A stretch of 63,844 nt of DNA, filler included, from an uncultured Methanospirillum sp. (GTDB lineage: Archaea > Halobacteriota > Methanomicrobia > Methanomicrobiales > Methanospirillaceae): the NCBI GenBank assembly GCA_964637135.1. It is 4 parts of 4 records of this genome, joined end to end, with 100 filler letters (N's around TTAATTAATTAA, not from the genome) between each part and the next. Parts side by side here need not be neighbours in the genome. Positions count along the whole stretch, not along the records: positions 1 to 22,093 come from CAZWTX010000037.1; positions 22,194 to 41,410 come from CAZWTX010000038.1; 2 more parts are not named here. One strand, given 5' to 3'. Under the pieces are notes generated by a model. That model made no database searches. It worked only from the letters and a program-made list of their open reading frames with translations, and was not told the DNA's origin. Position 1 is the stretch's first letter; the number at the start of each line of letters is the position of its first letter. The position numbers and the translations under genes were made by a program. Positions 11,161 to 22,345 of the stretch are shown one piece after another.

Positions 11161-11541
11161 CATATGACCCACATCATCGACCGCATCCTGTTCATCCTGA
11201 TCTTCTCACCAGTCCAGGCAGCCGGACAGGAACCGGACCTTGAATGAGAATATCGCCGACATCGGCAGACTTTCCTGGGCATACGCCTCGTACGATCCTG
11301 CGAAACGTCCGGCCCCACCCCCTCGTATCCCCCGTTCTTCACCAGCTATGCCACTGCCTACCGGGGATCAATCCGGGATGAGGCACTCAGGCAGTATACC
11401 AGTACCAATGTTCACCACTGGAATGTATTCCGGGTGAACGTTGCAGTATCCAACCTTGATGCGTTTTACGAAGCGTTCCCGGAAGGTACCTGGGATAATG
11501 CATGGTATCTTCCACAAAAAGAACGGGTCAGGATCTGGTAG
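11161..11541 (+). pseudogene. Relic of M13 (neprilysin/PepO) metallopeptidase C-terminus
   Basis: RTLNENIADIGRLSWAYA at 11234 (ENIAD motif); in another frame 11404-11541 HHWNVFRVNVAVSNLDAFYEAF...YLPQKERVRIW*; no intact N-terminus. Confidence 0.8.
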
Positions 11542-11658
11542 GGATCGCTGGACCAGACTAAATCCCCCCGTACCTTTTATCCTTTCCAGGAGCCAATCAT
11601 CAGGAATTCATCGGGATCACTCCCGTCAGAACCTTTGCTACACAGATCGGGGATAACC

Positions 11659-12948
11659 GTGGACACATCTCTGCCAAAAACAGCCTCGCTGGATCTTCGC
11701 CAGATCATCGCCCTGTACATCGGATCGGTCCTCGGTTCAGGTATCCTTCTCCTTCCCGGCCTGACAGCTGATCTTGCCGGGCCGGCATCGCTCCTTGCCT
11801 GGGGAGTGATGGGACTGCTCGCCATCCCGATGGCTCTGACCATGGGACTACTCTCCATCCGTTTCCCCCATTCGGGAGGTGTTTCCCATTTTGTATCCAC
11901 CGCCTTCTCCCCCGGACTCGGATCCCTTGTCGGATGGTTCTTCCTCCTCTCGGCGATCATGGCCGTGCCGGTGATCGCCCTGACCGGGGCAGGATATGCC
12001 TGCAGTGCATTCGGTCTCGGCGAAGGTTCCCGGCTTCCCGTAACAATTCTTATCCTTGCCGCCGGGATTCTCTCGAATTACTTCGGGATGAAGATGACCG
12101 GGCAGGTTCAGATGGCTGTCGTGGTAGCGACAATTAGTATCCTTGTCGGAGCAGTTGCCGGCAGCCTTCCGGCGATAGATCCGGCACACTTCTCTCCGTT
12201 TATGCCCTCCGGACCAGTGAGTGTCGGCCAGGCTGCAACACTCATCTTCTGGTGTTTTCTCGGGTGGGAAGCAGTATCCCATGTCACCGGTGAGTTTGAA
12301 AATCCACGGCGTGATGTGGTGAAAGGAACCATAATCGCCTCGATCATCATCAGTATCCTCTACCTCGCAACCGCCTGTGTGGTCATCGGTACCGGGAGTT
12401 ATGGGCCGGGCATATCTGAGGTCTCTCTCATCCACCTGATCGGGATCACGGCCGGAAGCTACGGGATGCTCATCGCCGGGGTTATCACCCTGTTTATCAC
12501 CATTGCCCCGTCAATCGCGTACACCGGGGCAGCATCACGACTTTGTTACACCCTGGCACGGACCGGAAGTGCACCTGAAACACTCTCCCGGCTCTCGGCA
12601 CGATACCAGACCCCCGTAGGCGGGCTTCTCTTTCTCACCCTCTGTTTCAGTACCATTCTTGCCATCTATTATTCCGGGATCATCCCGCTTGCAACCCTGA
12701 TCCAGATACCCAATGCGACGTTTATCCTGACCTACCTGGGCGGGTGTGCCGCAGGACTGGTCCTCCTCAGGGATTCACGCCTGGGAATGGCGGTGAGTGG
12801 TATATCACTCGTACTCACCGGAATCGTCTTCTGTTTTGTCGGTTGGGCAGTTCTCTGGCCATGCATCATCACCCTTGCCTGGTTCGGGTTCAGGAGATAC
12901 TCAGCCAGACGCCTGAAAGAGAGATTCCTGCATTACCAGCAACGTTGA
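11659..12948 (+). CDS. APC-superfamily amino acid permease (YjeH-like)
   Basis: GSVLGSGILLLPG, FWCFLGWEAVSH..GEFENPRRD; GTG start at 11659 preferred over the track start. Confidence 0.88.
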   Translation: MDTSLPKTASLDLRQIIALYIGSVLGSGILLLPGLTADLAGPASLLAWGVMGLLAIPMALTMGLLSIRFPHSGGVSHFVSTAFSPGLGSLVGWFFLLSAIMAVPVIALTGAGYACSAFGLGEGSRLPVTILILAAGILSNYFGMKMTGQVQMAVVVATISILVGAVAGSLPAIDPAHFSPFMPSGPVSVGQAATLIFWCFLGWEAVSHVTGEFENPRRDVVKGTIIASIIISILYLATACVVIGTGSYGPGISEVSLIHLIGITAGSYGMLIAGVITLFITIAPSIAYTGAASRLCYTLARTGSAPETLSRLSARYQTPVGGLLFLTLCFSTILAIYYSGIIPLATLIQIPNATFILTYLGGCAAGLVLLRDSRLGMAVSGISLVLTGIVFCFVGWAVLWPCIITLAWFGFRRYSARRLKERFLHYQQR

Positions 12949-12970
12949 AAACTTCACACAGGGTTTCAGC

Positions 12971-13921
12971 ATGACCGGACCGCTCATCCTCCATCCCCGC
13001 CCGCCCTATGATTTCCATCTGAGTGCCCTGATCTTTGCGGGAGGAGATCCTGCCTTCAGGACATACACAAACGGGGTGCTCAGCATGGCCCTTGACACCG
13101 GGGAGATGCCGGTCCTCATCAGGATCCGGTCAACCGGAACCGTTGCCCGCCCCTGCCTGCTCGTTACCGTCTCGGGAGCGGGGCCGGTTCCCCCATGGGT
13201 AAGACCTCTCATATCAGAACAGGTAGATCTCATGCTCAATCTTTCTGAAGATCTCTTCCCGTTTTATGAGGCAGTCTCCACGGACAGCCAGACAGCCGAT
13301 CTCATCCATGAACTCTACGGGCTGCGCATCCCGACAACCTCCACTCTCTTCGAAGCCCTTACCGACTCGATCATTGAACAACAGATCTCTCTTGCTGTCG
13401 CGTACAAACTTGAACATCGGCTGATACAGGCAACCGGACGGGCATTTACCCACGAAGGAACCCGGTATTTCTGTTATCCACGGCCGGAGGTGCTTGCAGA
13501 AACGCGCCCTGAGGTGTTCCGGGCATGTGGCCTGACCCTTCGGAAAGGATCGTATATCAGGGAAATATCTGCCAGGATCCGGGATCATTCACTGGATTTG
13601 GAAGCACTTTCAGACAGACACGATACCGAAGAGATTATTACAGCCCTCTGTACCATCCGGGGAGTCGGGCGATGGACTGCCGAACTGACAGCTCTTCGGG
13701 GATTTCACCGGCCGGATGCGTTCCCGGCGGCTGATATCGCGCTCCGCCGGATGATTTCCGAACGATTCCTGGACGGCAGGAGGATATCAGCAGAAGAAGC
13801 CATGGCATGTGCCCGGCCATGGGGAGCATGGAAAGGATTCATCGGGTTTTATCTCGAGGTCGGTGATCGACTGAAGCATGAAACGTGGATGCACCGGCCC
13901 CCTCTCCATCCGGGATGCTGA
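12971..13921 (+). CDS. alkA: DNA-3-methyladenine glycosylase II (AlkA family)
   Basis: IIEQQIS, HhH LCTIRGVGRWTAE, FPAADIAL. Confidence 0.9.
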   Translation: MTGPLILHPRPPYDFHLSALIFAGGDPAFRTYTNGVLSMALDTGEMPVLIRIRSTGTVARPCLLVTVSGAGPVPPWVRPLISEQVDLMLNLSEDLFPFYEAVSTDSQTADLIHELYGLRIPTTSTLFEALTDSIIEQQISLAVAYKLEHRLIQATGRAFTHEGTRYFCYPRPEVLAETRPEVFRACGLTLRKGSYIREISARIRDHSLDLEALSDRHDTEEIITALCTIRGVGRWTAELTALRGFHRPDAFPAADIALRRMISERFLDGRRISAEEAMACARPWGAWKGFIGFYLEVGDRLKHETWMHRPPLHPGC

Positions 13922-13949
13922 GCATTCCGGATGGAGGAGAGACTTCGTT

Positions 13950-13991
13950 CAAAAATGTATAAATGTAGACATTGTAATACATATGTGTACA
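13950..13991 (+). promoter_or_regulatory. trpB2 promoter region with TGTAnA boxes (candidate TRP boxes)
   Basis: TGTATA 13956, TGTAGA 13964, TGTACA 13986; A-rich run plus TATAAA. Confidence 0.5.
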
Positions 13992-15349
13992 TGCAAACTA
14001 AGATCCTTCTTGATGAGAACGAAATTCCCCGGAAATGGTATAATATCCAGGCAGATCTGAAGACCCCGCTCGATCCGCCGTACCATCCACAGACAAAACA
14101 GCCGGTCGGACCGGCTGACCTGGAACCAATCTTCCCGAAAGAACTGATCAGACAAGAGATGTGCCAGGATCGGTATATCGACATCCCGGACGAAGTCAGG
14201 GACATTCTCACCCTCTGGAGACCCAGCCCCCTGTTCCGGGCCCATAAACTCGAAAAATTCCTCAAAACCCCTGCCAGGATCTATTACAAGTACGAGGGAG
14301 TCAGTCCGCCGGGATCGCATAAACCCAACACCGCCATCGCCCAGGCATACTATAATATGAAGGCAGGAATAGAGCGGATTGCAACCGAGACCGGTGCCGG
14401 CCAGTGGGGATCTTCGCTTGCATTCGCAACGCAGCTCTTCGACATGGAATGCAAGGTATACATGGTCAGGGGGAGTTATGACCAGAAACCGTACCGGAAG
14501 ATGATGATGCAGGTGTGGGGAGCGGACTGCGTTCCCTCTCCGTCACCTGACACCCATTCCGGCCGGACAATACTGGAAAAGGATCCAACCACTCCCGGCA
14601 GTCTTGGCATCGCCATCTCAGAAGCAGTCGAAGATGCAGCCACCCATGACAATACGAACTATGCACTCGGCAGCGTGCTCAACCATGTCTGTCTCCACCA
14701 GACCATCATAGGGCAGGAAACTAAGAAACAACTTGATATGGTGGAGGAAAAAGCCGATATTGTTATCGGGAGCGCCGGCGGGGGATCCAACTTTGCCGGA
14801 TTGTCCTTCCCGTTCGTCCAGGACATCCTTGGAGGAAAATCCGACACTCCGGAGGTCATCGCCGTCGAACCAGCTGCCTGTCCGACCCTCACGAAAGGGC
14901 TCTACGCATATGACTTCGGTGATGTCGCCGGACTCACCCCGATCATGAAGATGTTCACCCTCGGTCATGACTTCATCCCGCCGTCCATTCATGCAGGAGG
15001 GCTCCGGTACCACGGGATGGCCCCGCTGGTCTCAAAACTCCACGCAGACAAGCTGATCTCGGCAACCTCGGTTACGCAGAATGGTGTCTTCGATGCAGCA
15101 GTCACATTTGCCCGGACAGAGGGGATCATCCCGGCGCCTGAATCAGCCCATGCAATCAGGGTGGTCATCGACAAGGCACTTGAATGTAAAAAGACCGGAG
15201 AAGCAAAGACCATCGTGTTCAACAACAGCGGACATGGTCACTTTGATCTCTCCAGTTACGAGACATACTTTGCCGGATCCCTGCCTGACTATGAATACCC
15301 GGCTGATCTCATCGCTGAATCGCTCAGACATCTTCCACGGGTTGAATGA
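13991..15349 (+). CDS. trpB2: Tryptophan synthase beta chain 2 (TrpB2)
   Basis: [11 protein letters not shown] lysine, [24 protein letters not shown]; start at MQTKILL. Confidence 0.95.
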   Translation: MQTKILLDENEIPRKWYNIQADLKTPLDPPYHPQTKQPVGPADLEPIFPKELIRQEMCQDRYIDIPDEVRDILTLWRPSPLFRAHKLEKFLKTPARIYYKYEGVSPPGSHKPNTAIAQAYYNMKAGIERIATETGAGQWGSSLAFATQLFDMECKVYMVRGSYDQKPYRKMMMQVWGADCVPSPSPDTHSGRTILEKDPTTPGSLGIAISEAVEDAATHDNTNYALGSVLNHVCLHQTIIGQETKKQLDMVEEKADIVIGSAGGGSNFAGLSFPFVQDILGGKSDTPEVIAVEPAACPTLTKGLYAYDFGDVAGLTPIMKMFTLGHDFIPPSIHAGGLRYHGMAPLVSKLHADKLISATSVTQNGVFDAAVTFARTEGIIPAPESAHAIRVVIDKALECKKTGEAKTIVFNNSGHGHFDLSSYETYFAGSLPDYEYPADLIAESLRHLPRVE

Positions 15350-16440
15350 ACCGGATTGGGTTCGTTGTAAACCCGTATGCAGGAATGGGGGGCGCTGTCG
15401 GACTGAAAGGTACTGATGGCTGCCTCGGAGAAGCCCGGGCACGGGGGGCAGTACCGAAATCCCCGGAACGGGCAATCCGGTTTCTGAATGCCCTCCCAGG
15501 AGAAGAGATCAGCATTCTCACGGCATCGGGAAGCATGGGGGGAGATGAACTCGCTGCAGCCGGATGGTCCTCGCACCAGGTGGTGTACACCCCCACTAAC
15601 CAGGAAACCACCGGTGAAGACACCCGGCAGGCATGTCGGAACATGGTCGCTGCCGGGGTGGATCTTATCGTCTTCTGTGGTGGTGACGGCACCGCCCGGG
15701 ACGTTTATTCGGTCACCGGACCGGAGATCCCTATCCTTGGGATTCCGGCAGGAGTGAAGATTTATTCTGCCGTTTTTGCCACAAGCCCGGAACGGACAGC
15801 CGAAATCCTTCTACGCCCTGATGAGGCATTCCTGACCGATGCCGAGGTGATGGATGTCGACGAGGAGGAGTACCGGTCAGGAACCCTTACCACCCGGATC
15901 TTTGGTATTGCAAAGGTCCCATACATCCCAACCCTGATCCAGGCTGGAAAAGAAGTCTTCTTTGGTGACGAGGAGATCAGCAGACGGGACATTGCTGCCT
16001 TCATTACGAATCTCATGGATGAGGAGACCCTGTACCTCCTCGGGGCCGGATCGACTACCGGGGCGATTGCCGACCGGCTCAAAATCTCATCAACCCTGCT
16101 GGGTATCGATGCCGTATGCAACGGCAGACTGGTTGCAGCAGATCTGAATGAACAGGGAATCCTCGAACTGGCCGGAAGATATCCGAAAGTGAAGATCATT
16201 CTTAGTCCTATCGGGGCACAGGGATTTGTCCTCGGACGGGGAAACCAGCAGATCAGCAGCAGGGTTCTGGAAAAAACCGGGCTTGACTCGCTCATCGTGA
16301 TTGCCACCCCCGGAAAACTCCAGAATACCCCGGAACTGTTCATGGACACCGGAGATCCGGTAATGAACGGGAAATTCGGCGAATCAATCCTGGTGATCTG
16401 CGGATATGCGATGGCACAGCGGATCAGACTGAACCGGTAA
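15346..16440 (+). CDS. ATP-NAD kinase family protein
   Basis: [42 protein letters not shown]. Confidence 0.88.
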   Translation: MNRIGFVVNPYAGMGGAVGLKGTDGCLGEARARGAVPKSPERAIRFLNALPGEEISILTASGSMGGDELAAAGWSSHQVVYTPTNQETTGEDTRQACRNMVAAGVDLIVFCGGDGTARDVYSVTGPEIPILGIPAGVKIYSAVFATSPERTAEILLRPDEAFLTDAEVMDVDEEEYRSGTLTTRIFGIAKVPYIPTLIQAGKEVFFGDEEISRRDIAAFITNLMDEETLYLLGAGSTTGAIADRLKISSTLLGIDAVCNGRLVAADLNEQGILELAGRYPKVKIILSPIGAQGFVLGRGNQQISSRVLEKTGLDSLIVIATPGKLQNTPELFMDTGDPVMNGKFGESILVICGYAMAQRIRLNR

Positions 16441-16532
16441 GAACCAGCAGCGTTCCGGAGAGAGGATAAGCAGGTGAACGGTCAGGAATAATACCCGCGG
16501 AGATATGTGTTCCTCCTTCATACCTGATACGG

Positions 16533-18734
16533 ATGACCGGCCTGGCAGGATCACCTGTATCGAACGCTGATGAATATACCGCCCATGTTGAGACGATAGC
16601 ATCCAGAGCGGGGGTCACGATCAGCCAGGCTGCTGCCTGTATCAGGCTGCTCTCCGAGGGATCATCGATCCCGTTCATCGCGCGATACCGCAAGGAACGG
16701 ACCGGTTCGCTCGATGAAGTCAAGATTCGTGCCATTGCCGGCGAGATGGAACGGATCAGCCGGCTGGAAGCAAGACGGGAGACGATCCTCACTACCATCA
16801 GGGAGGCCGGGAAACTCACCCCTGAACTTGCGAATGCAATCAGGAATGCCGACACCCTTACCATCCTTGAGGATATGTACCTCCCGTACCGCCCCCGGAG
16901 AAGAACCAGGGCAGATATTGCACGGGAAAAAGGACTTGAACCCCTTGCTGCATCGATCAGAGCACAGAAACCCGGATACGATCCCTGTGCGGATGCAGAA
17001 CACTATACCAATCCTGACACCGGAGTGCTCACCCCGGAAGAAGCCCTGGAAGGAGCACAAGACATCATAGCCGCTGATCTTGCAGAAGATTGCACCATAC
17101 GATCGGCAGTACGGGCGCTCTTTCACCGGTCTGCCCGGATTTTGGTATCGGCAGCACGGGGAAGAGGAGGTGATGCAGGAGTGTACCAGGATCTCGTCGG
17201 ATTATCTGAACCGGCGGGGAACGCCCCGTCGCACCGGATTCTGGCCATCTTCAGGGGAGAGCGTGACGGGTTTCTCTCGGTTCATATCGCACCCGGTGAC
17301 GAGGATGGTATTGGGATCCTGACCCGGAGTGCGGTTCGGAGATCTGATCCGGCCGGCAGGATTGTTGCCGCAGCGGCAACAGACGGATACCGCCGGCTGC
17401 TCGCACCGGCAATTGAACGCGAACTCAGGTCAGAACTGAAAGAGAAGGCTGATGAGACTGCCGCAGGAGTCTTTTCCCGGAACCTGCAACAGATCCTGCT
17501 TGCTCCCCCGCTCGGTCCGAAGAAGATCCTGGCGATAGACCCGGGCATCCGCACCGGCTGTAAACTTGCCGTGCTTGGAACAGAAGGACAGGTGCTCTGG
17601 ACCGGGACGATCTATCCACATACCGGATCCTCCGGTTCCGCTGCCGGAGAAACCATCAGGGATGTCTGTATCCGGTTTTCCATCGAGGTAATCGCGGTCG
17701 GTGACGGTACCGCCGGGAGGGAAACCTGGACCTTCCTCCAGTCACTCGGTCTTCCATCCGCGATCCGGATGGTGAGCGTATCAGAACAGGGTGCTTCCAT
17801 CTACTCCGCCTCTGATGTGGCCCGGGCCGAACTGCCGGATTTGGATGTCTCCATCCGGGGAGCGGTCTCAATCGGGAGAAGACTCCTCGATCCCCTCGCC
17901 GAACTGGTGAAAATAGAACCACGATCCCTTGGTGTCGGCCAGTACCAGCATGATGTGGACCAGGAACTGCTTGGAAAAAAACTCACCGCGGTTGTTACCA
18001 GTGCGGTCCATAGCGTCGGGGTAAACCTCAATACTGCTTCACCTGCTCTCCTGGCATATGTTTCAGGCCTCACGAGGAACACTGCATCGGCAATCATAGC
18101 ATACCGGGAAGCAAACGGGAGGTTTGCCCTGCGGAAAGACCTTCTCAAGGTGAGGGGGATCGGAGAGAAGACCTTTGAACAGGCGGCAGGATTCCTAAGA
18201 ATTGCCGGGGGATCTGAACCCCTGGATCACACCGGAATCCATCCGGAACGCTACCCCATCGTTGAGGAGATGGCAGTGTTAGCGGATATAACGGTACATG
18301 ACCTGATTCATGACCCGGACCGAATCAGGTCCCTCCCCCTGGAACAATTTATCACCGCTGACTGCGGTCTGCCTACGCTCATCGATATCAGGGAAGAACT
18401 CCTCCGGCCGGGACGCGATCCCCGGGGATCCTTTGTATATACCCCGTACGAAAATCCGGTAACCTCGCTGGATGATCTCATTCCCGGTATGGAACTCTCC
18501 GGGGTGGTGACCAATGTCACCAACTTCGGAGCGTTCATCTCACTCGGGATCAAGGAAAATGGCCTCGTCCATATCAGCGAGATGGCAGACCGGTTTGTCC
18601 GGGATCCGGGTGAGATTGTCCGGGTATCAGAACAGGTCAGGGTCCGGGTGATCGCGGTTGATTCTGACCGGCGACGGATAACCCTCTCAATGAAGGGATT
18701 TTCATCAGATAATACCGGGAATCCGGCGAGCTGA
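16533..18734 (+). CDS. tex: Tex family RNA-binding transcription accessory protein
   Basis: PFIARYRKERTG, LAIDPGIRTGCK, GVGQYQHDV, C-terminal S1 domain VTNVTNFGAF. Confidence 0.95.
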   Translation: MTGLAGSPVSNADEYTAHVETIASRAGVTISQAAACIRLLSEGSSIPFIARYRKERTGSLDEVKIRAIAGEMERISRLEARRETILTTIREAGKLTPELANAIRNADTLTILEDMYLPYRPRRRTRADIAREKGLEPLAASIRAQKPGYDPCADAEHYTNPDTGVLTPEEALEGAQDIIAADLAEDCTIRSAVRALFHRSARILVSAARGRGGDAGVYQDLVGLSEPAGNAPSHRILAIFRGERDGFLSVHIAPGDEDGIGILTRSAVRRSDPAGRIVAAAATDGYRRLLAPAIERELRSELKEKADETAAGVFSRNLQQILLAPPLGPKKILAIDPGIRTGCKLAVLGTEGQVLWTGTIYPHTGSSGSAAGETIRDVCIRFSIEVIAVGDGTAGRETWTFLQSLGLPSAIRMVSVSEQGASIYSASDVARAELPDLDVSIRGAVSIGRRLLDPLAELVKIEPRSLGVGQYQHDVDQELLGKKLTAVVTSAVHSVGVNLNTASPALLAYVSGLTRNTASAIIAYREANGRFALRKDLLKVRGIGEKTFEQAAGFLRIAGGSEPLDHTGIHPERYPIVEEMAVLADITVHDLIHDPDRIRSLPLEQFITADCGLPTLIDIREELLRPGRDPRGSFVYTPYENPVTSLDDLIPGMELSGVVTNVTNFGAFISLGIKENGLVHISEMADRFVRDPGEIVRVSEQVRVRVIAVDSDRRRITLSMKGFSSDNTGNPAS

Positions 18735-18955
18735 CCTTCGATGCCCCCGCGAACGGGAACGGCGGACTGGGTTGTGAACGGGAACAGCAGATGGAAGGAT
18801 CCTCACCGGCTATAAAAGTGGATAATGCGGATATCCCTGAGATCCCGGATACCCGCACCGGTTCCCACCGGAAAGATCTCATTTTCTGATCTCTGCGTTG
18901 GATGCCGGCCGGGATGCCAGTCACCCCCGATCATACTGGGATAGATGATTCGCAT

Positions 18956-20419
18956 TCATCTCTCCGTCATGACCGGAGAAGAGGGGGTGTCAGGATCAGG
19001 CAGATCATTCCCATGGATCCGCCCCCTGACAAGCGAGAAAAAGATCCCGGCAAAGCAAACCACGGTGAAGAAGATAAACCCGGAATGCATTGCATTCTCA
19101 AAGGGTATGGCCAGATCGGTGGTAATCTCAACCGGTCCGACATAGATAGCAAGGAGCATCATGGCGATTCCCATTGAGAAGGTCTGCCCGAGGAGTCGCA
19201 TGGTTGCAAGGATTCCTGAAGCAACTCCATAATCCTTTTTTTCAACGGATCCCATGACTGCGTTTGTATTCGGGGATGTAAAGAGACCAAAACCGGCTCC
19301 GAGCAGGAGAAGAACCCCGAAGTAGTACCAGAGGGGCGTATCAGGGTCAAGGAAAACGAGGAGGAACAGCCCGAGAGTGGTAAGACCCATCCCGGCAGAC
19401 GAGACATATGCCGGCTCCACCCGGTCAGAGAGCCGTCCTGAAAATGGTGAAATAAGCGCCTGCATTATTGGCTGCGTAATCAGGATGAGCCCTGCATGCG
19501 CCGGGGTAAATCCCCGGGTTATCTGGAGATCAAGGCTGAGAAGAAATGCGATTGCATAGGTGGCACTGTAATTGATCAGGGCAGCAAGGTTTGAGAAGGT
19601 AAAGGGGCGGTTCTGGAGAAACAGATGGAGGTCAAGAACAGGGAACGGGATCCGCAATTCATATCTGATGAACAGGAAAAAACCAAACAGCCCGGCAATG
19701 ATCATGAAAACACCGGAGTAGTCGGGGAGCGAGGAGAACCCATACATGACAAAGACAAGGGAACAACTGTAGATCAGGGATCCGGTCAGATCAAACGGTT
19801 CTCCATGACTGTCAGCCCAGTCTGTTTTCAGGTAGCGGAGAATGAGATACATGATCAGGATCCCGATCGGCACATTGATCCAGAAGATGCTCCTCCAGCC
19901 AAGATATGCGGTCAGAAACCCTCCAAGCATCGGGCCTGCTGATAACCCGAGATAGACCGACGTGACATAAAGCCCGAGTACTTTCCCCCGTTCCCGGGGC
20001 GGAAAAACCGAGGTCAGCATGGACACTCCGGTCCCGAAGATCATGGCAGATCCGATACCCTGGATGATACGGATCATGATGAGCAGGGTGCCGTCGGGAA
20101 CCATCGTCATACCCAGTGAGGACAGCGTGAAGGTAACAATTCCTGAGAGAAATACCCGTTTCCGCCCGAATATATCCGCAATTCTCCCGAACGGGACGAG
20201 GAAAACGGCTGATGCGAGCAGGTATGATGTCGCAATCCAGGAGAGCATGAGGGCATCAAGATGGAATTCGGACCCCATCGTGGGAAGAGCGATATTCACG
20301 GCCGAGCCATCAAACGGGGTAAGAAATCCGGAGAATAATGCGACGAGAAGAACACTCCAGCCCGGAACGGACTGTTTTTCAGCCGGTTCATGAACGGATG
20401 GAAAAGACTCGTCTCTCAT
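18956..20419 (-). CDS. MFS drug:H+ antiporter (DHA2-like)
   Basis: DGSAVNIALP, GRIADIFGRKR, many TM segments. Confidence 0.92.
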   Translation of the reverse strand: MRDESFPSVHEPAEKQSVPGWSVLLVALFSGFLTPFDGSAVNIALPTMGSEFHLDALMLSWIATSYLLASAVFLVPFGRIADIFGRKRVFLSGIVTFTLSSLGMTMVPDGTLLIMIRIIQGIGSAMIFGTGVSMLTSVFPPRERGKVLGLYVTSVYLGLSAGPMLGGFLTAYLGWRSIFWINVPIGILIMYLILRYLKTDWADSHGEPFDLTGSLIYSCSLVFVMYGFSSLPDYSGVFMIIAGLFGFFLFIRYELRIPFPVLDLHLFLQNRPFTFSNLAALINYSATYAIAFLLSLDLQITRGFTPAHAGLILITQPIMQALISPFSGRLSDRVEPAYVSSAGMGLTTLGLFLLVFLDPDTPLWYYFGVLLLLGAGFGLFTSPNTNAVMGSVEKKDYGVASGILATMRLLGQTFSMGIAMMLLAIYVGPVEITTDLAIPFENAMHSGFIFFTVVCFAGIFFSLVRGRIHGNDLPDPDTPSSPVMTER

Positions 20420-20549
20420 GGTATTGCCGCCATACTCATACCCCATACTCAGCCATACATATCATGTCAGGAATCCGGGATCAATGAGATCTGGATCCTG
20501 CAATGATATCAGGTCGCCGAAATCTTACAGGGGGAAAAAGAGAGGAGTA

Positions 20550-21077
20550 TTATGACTGCTTCCATCTCGGAAGGGCTGCACAAAACCCGGTGATCATCTT
20601 CATGGCATTTTCATGGCTGACGCCATATTCACCGGCGAGAACCGGGGCATATGTGGCTGCCATTTCTTCGAGGGTTGCATCAGGCATGATCAGGGCACCC
20701 TTCTGGTAACAGTGAATGCAGTACCGTTCATTCCGGGTTCCGTCCGGTTCAGTCCCGGCTTCATCGGGCAAGGTGACCGGCATCCCGCAACTGCCGCATA
20801 TCGGAAACAACGTTCCGCTCCAGCGAAGGAGTGATCCGAGTTGCTGATGAAGAAACGTGCGGGCATGTTGTTCAGGCATGCCAAACATCTGGTTCATCGC
20901 CGGAACGCACCGATCCTCCATCTCCTGCATGGTCATCTCCGGTTCGATAAAAGAGCCGGATCCATAACAATACGAGCAGTACAATCCTGAACGCGAACCA
21001 TCTGATTCGGTTCCACGCTGATCATCATTCACCATCGGCATTCCGCAGCTCTGGCATATCTCACTGATTACATTCAT
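20550..21077 (-). CDS. Tandem zinc-ribbon (Zn_ribbon_2-like) protein
   Basis: Two copies of CxSCGMP...GTE.DG.R...YC..CY..G; ends LPRWK. Confidence 0.85.
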   Translation of the reverse strand: MNVISEICQSCGMPMVNDDQRGTESDGSRSGLYCSYCYGSGSFIEPEMTMQEMEDRCVPAMNQMFGMPEQHARTFLHQQLGSLLRWSGTLFPICGSCGMPVTLPDEAGTEPDGTRNERYCIHCYQKGALIMPDATLEEMAATYAPVLAGEYGVSHENAMKMITGFCAALPRWKQS

Positions 21078-21467
21078 TTCATCATTTCCAGGGGATTATG
21101 GCATTAATCAACCCGGACGAGGCAACACGACTCCCCGGGATGAATACGAGGTATTCTGGAAGCAGATATAAACCTGGTTCAAACCGGGTGAAAGTGAATA
21201 CCGGGGGATATGACTATATTCGATAAGGACTTCCGGACAATAATGAAACGATGCCGCAGCCTGAACAGAGCAGAAGGCAGGCATGGACCAGTGCCCACGC
21301 GCTACACCCCCGAAAACCCATGATGGGAGAGATCGTTCAGGTATTCGCGTGAACCATTTTCCAGCATGAGACAGATTCAATCAAAAGGAGAGAGGGGGGC
21401 AATCTGGACCGGCGGATAAATATACCCTGAAATGCCATTACCCCATATCAGGAGATCAGGTGCTGAT

Positions 21468-22093
21468 ATGACCGGACAGGAAGATCTCTCATTATTACAA
21501 GCAGAAAATGCCCGATTGCAACGTGATCTTGAAAGAACCAGGGAACTTCAGGAACAGGCCGAATTTGTCTTCCGCCTGAATCCGAATCCGATTCTGATCT
21601 GGAATGCCGATCTCTCCATCATCGATGTCAACCAAGCATTTATTGATGCAACCGGATGGAGCCGGGAGAAGACCCTTAACGCAACCCTGAATGATTTTGT
21701 CTATCTTGACAGGAAAGGAGACGGGCTTGCAGAAACGGTCAGAGAAAAGACTGAAAAAACCGGAGAAGCAACATTCCGGTTTCCAAAGGGGATCGTAACC
21801 TGGGTGAGACATACCATTCCGGTTCTTAACTCATCGGGAGGAATCGAACGGATCTTCTCGGTGTATAACGACATCACCGGGCAGCGAAAACAGATCGATG
21901 AGATCAATATTCTGCAGGACAGAACCGCCTCGATTATCGCACAAAATCCATACCCGATCATTCTCTGGACGCCGGAACTGGCAATAGAAACGATGAACCA
22001 GGCAGCGCTTACGCTCATGGGCTGGAACGAATCAGATATCAAACGGCTCACGATCAAGGATTTTGACTATATCAGCCAGACCGGGCAGAGCGT
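21468..22093 (+). CDS. Multi-PAS domain protein (probable PAS-MCP), 3'-truncated at contig end
   Basis: Two PAS repeats (NPNPILIW..VNQAF..TGW; NPYPIILW..MNQAA..MGW), YNDIT. Confidence 0.8.
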
Positions 22094-22193
22094 NNNNNNN
22101 NNNNNNNNNNNNNNNNNNNNNNNNNNNNNNNNNNNNNTTAATTAATTAANNNNNNNNNNNNNNNNNNNNNNNNNNNNNNNNNNNNNNNNNNNN
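22094..22193. other. Artificial contig linker
   Basis: N44-TTAATTAATTAA-N44, a six-frame-stop spacer. Confidence 0.98.
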
Positions 22194-22345
22194 TGGGAGA
22201 AACACGAGGTGCTTCAGGGTTCTGTCCAGCCGGCTGTTGCTTATTCCTCGAAATAATCGAGATCTATCTTTTTTCACCCGTCTTAAGCCCGAGAGAACAC
22301 CTAAATCAGGTTACCTGATATTTCAGAAGAAGAAACCTGAGATCC

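Noticed and set aside
22138..22149. TTAATTAATTAA palindrome as a biological site (also 41455-41466 and 58932-58943)
   Set aside because: Centred in identical N padding; a standard artificial six-frame-stop linker
22194..22300. Possible transposase 3' end or IS terminus at the contig start
   Set aside because: Only about 20 codons (WEKHEVLQGSVQPAVAYSSK*) and no partner inverted repeat; not identifiable
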